From: Macrostomum hystrix
Taxonomy: Eukaryota; Animalia; Platyhelminthes
Direction of reading: 5' to 3'
DNA length: 64,000 bases
NCBI GenBank assembly: GCA_950097015.1
Contig: CATNEN010000038.1
Span: 31,620,001-31,684,000, forward strand
Position 1 is the first letter of the stretch, and the number at the start of each line of letters is the position of its first letter. The notes below the pieces were generated by a model. That model saw only the letters and a list, made by a program, of their open reading frames with translations, had not been told where the DNA came from and ran no database searches. The translations under genes were made by a program, and so were the position numbers. Shown here in pieces: positions 61,310-64,000 of the stretch.

Positions 61310-61700
61310 CTTTATTTATTAACAATAGAACTACCAAGGGGGGAATTCCCCCTGACAATTTATTGTGCTGCAATCGAGCGGAACAACGCAAGCGTACGAA
61401 AATCAAGGGCCAAATTTATTTTGCGCATCTTCAGAAACAAAAATCAAGTCGCCGGCTCTTCAGACCGTCGAGATATTCAATGCTTCTAGCCGAAGGTCAG
61501 ATTTTTGCCATCAGCGCTTGAGTATTTCATACACCCCTATACACAAATTAGCACTGGGCCTCAGTGCGGCCTTGCCAGGCCTTCAAAATTTATCAGCATG
61601 TCACCCGAATGTGCCTGCATCATCTTAGTCTTCGGTGGTCACCTACCTTTATCTAGATGGATTTGCTGGACCTTCAAGGGCTACAATAGGTGGAAATAGG
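61310..61700 (-). mobile_element. Possible decayed 3' end of a CR1/L2-type LINE
   Basis: Minus-strand translation RLEALNISTV*RAGDLIF resembles the RL..LNL.SL..RR.RGDLI motif of CR1-like ORF2 C-termini; the end (AGA.CTACCAAGG.GGG..TT.C.C..ACAAT) recurs at about 11420-11480. Confidence 0.3.
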
Positions 61701-61721
61701 CCATTATGGATAGGCAATTAT

Positions 61722-63722
61722 AGTCTCATCTCTCCTGTGTCTCATCTCTCCCGTGTCTCATCTCTCCCGTGTCTCATCTCTCTCGTGTCTCATCTCTCTC
61801 GTGTCTCATCTCTCCCGTGTCTCATCTCTCCCGTGTCTCATCTCTCCCGTGTCTCATCTCTCTCGTGTCTCATCTCTCTCGTGTCTCATCTCTCCCGTGT
61901 CTCATCTCTCTCGTGTCTCATATCTCCCGTGTTTCATCTCTCTCGTGTCTCATCTCTCCCGTGTCTCATCTCTCTCGTGTCTCATCTCTCCCGTGTCTCA
62001 TCTCTCTCGTGTCTCATCTCTCTCGTGTCTCATCTCACCCGTGTCTTATCTCTCTCGTGTCTCATCTCTCCCGTGTCTCATCTCTCTCGTGTCTCATCTC
62101 TCTCGTGTCTCATCACTCTCGTGTCTCATCTCTCTCGTGTCTCATCTCTCCCGTGTCTCATCTCTCTCGTGTCTCATATCTCCCGTGTCTCATCTCTCTC
62201 GTGTCTCATCTCTCCCGTGTCTCATCTCTCTCGTGTCTCATCTCTCCCGTGTCTCATCTCTCTCGTGTCTCATCTCACCCGTGTCTTATCTCTCCCGTGT
62301 CTCATCTCTCCCGTGTCTAATCTCTCTCGTGTCTCATCTCACCCGTGTCTTATCTCTCTCGTGTCTCATCTCTCCCGTGTCTCATCTCTCTCGTGTCTCA
62401 TCTCTCCCGTGTCTCATCTCTCTCGTGTCTCATCTCTCTCGTGTCTCATCTCACCCGTGTCTTATCTCTCCCGTGTCTCATCTCTCCCGTGTCTAATCTC
62501 TCTCGTGTCTCATCTCACCCGTGTCTTATCTCTCTCGTGTCTCATCTCTCCCGTGTCTCATCTCTCTCGTGTCTCATCTCTCTCGTGTCTCATCTCTCCC
62601 GTGTCTCATCTCTCTCGTGTCTCATATCTCCCGTGTTTCATCTCTCTCGTGTCTCATCTCTCCCGTGTCTCATCTCTCTCGTGTCTCATCTCTCCCGTGT
62701 CTCATCTCTCTCGTGTCTCATCTCTCTCGTGTCTCATCTCACCCGTGTCTTATCTCTCTCGTGTCTCATCTCTCCCGTGTCTCATCTCTCTCGTGTCTCA
62801 TCTCTCTCGTGTCTCATCACTCTCGTGTCTCATCTCTCTCGTGTCTCATCTCTCCCGTGTCTCATCTCTCTCGTGTCTCATATCTCCCGTGTCTCATCTC
62901 TCTCGTGTCTCATCTCTCCCGTGTCTCATCTCTCTCGTGTCTCATCTCTCCCGTGTCTCATCTCTCTCGTGTCTCATCTCACCCGTGTCTTATCTCTCCC
63001 GTGTCTCATCTCTCCCGTGTCTAATCTCTCTCGTGTCTCATCTCACCCGTGTCTTATCTCTCTCGTGTCTCATCTCTCCCGTGTCTCATCTCTCCCGTGT
63101 CTCATCTCTCTCGTGTCTCATCTCTCTCGTGTCTCATCTCACCCGTGTCTTATCTCTCTCGTGTCTCATCTCTCCCGTGTCTCATCTCTCTCGTGTCTCA
63201 TCTCACCCGTGTCTTATCTCTCTCGTGTCTCATCTCTCCCGTGTCTCATCTCTCTCGTGTCTCATCTCTCCCGTGTCTCATCTCTCTCGTGTCTCATCTC
63301 ACCCGTGTCTCATCTCTCTCGTGTCTCATCTCACCCGTGTCTTATCTCTCCCGTGTCTCATCTCTCCCGTGTCTCATCTCTCTCGTGTCTCATCTCACCC
63401 GTGTCTTATCTCTCTCGTGTCTCATCTCTCCCGTGTCTCATCTCTCTCGTGTCTCATCTCACCCGTGTCTTATCTCTCTCGTGTCTCATCTCTCCCGTGT
63501 CTCATCTCTCTCGTGTCTCATCGCTCCCGTGTCTCATCTCTCCCGTGTCTCATCTCTCTCGTGTCTCATCTCTCCCGTGTCTCATCTCTCTCGTGTCTCA
63601 TCTCTGCCGTGTCTTATCTCTCTCGTGTCTCATCTCTCCCGTGTCTCATCTCTCTCGTGTCTCATCTCTCCCGTGTCTCATCTCTCTCGTGTCTTATCTC
63701 TCCTGTGTCTCATCTCTCCCCT
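61722..63722. repeat. 16-bp minisatellite (GAGAGATGAGAC family, inverted)
   Basis: Unit GTCTCATCTCTC(C/T)CGT. Confidence 0.97.
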
Positions 63723-64000
63723 GGTTAAAAACTCAATAAAAAATTCAATTCCTTAGCTTTTTACCGACTCCCAGTTTTGTAGTTTCATTTGTTGATCTCG
63801 GATTATTGAAGTAGCTGGTAAATAAATTGATATTTTAAATAAATTTTCACTGACCGCTTTTGAGGCAGTGCTCGGATTACATTCGTAAGTAGTGAAATAT
63901 TGTGAATATAGTGATGGTCATGTGCGAATTACGAGTACATGCCATTTAGTTCTATTTTAAGTTATTTCAAATCGTAATTCAGCGATTTTTATAAATCGAC

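Overview
Eukaryotic (animal) genomic DNA with GT-AG introns. The style (a different minisatellite in almost every large intron, tRNA-SINEs, lectin-PAN gene) suggests a macrostomid flatworm such as Macrostomum; this is an inference. By splicing exons by eye I can support eight protein-coding genes, all on the + strand: the 3' part of an LNX1/2-like multi-PDZ gene, a KDM3/JMJD1-like JmjC gene, FGFR1OP/CEP43, an L1/neuroglian-like CAM (6 Ig, about 5 FN3, TM), an ankyrin-DHHC palmitoyltransferase, two tandem sigma-like GSTs and a secreted C-type lectin/PAN protein. About 30 tandem arrays (10-47 bp units) account for nearly all long ORFs in the supplied track. There are also two tRNA-SINE families (one CORE-like) and one MITE. 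Best leads: (1) the DHHC gene has two frame-locked, mutually exclusive candidate exons, each encoding a different TM3-TM4 hairpin, which lines the acyl-chain cavity in DHHC enzymes; (2) the KDM3-like protein has an intact frame but has lost its Fe(II)/2-OG ligands and carries a PLDLS CtBP motif; (3) the intronic minisatellites are gene-locally related, sometimes occur as inverted pairs, and several are polymers of AG|GT or branch-point-like motifs. Exon coordinates were read manually and need RNA-seq confirmation.
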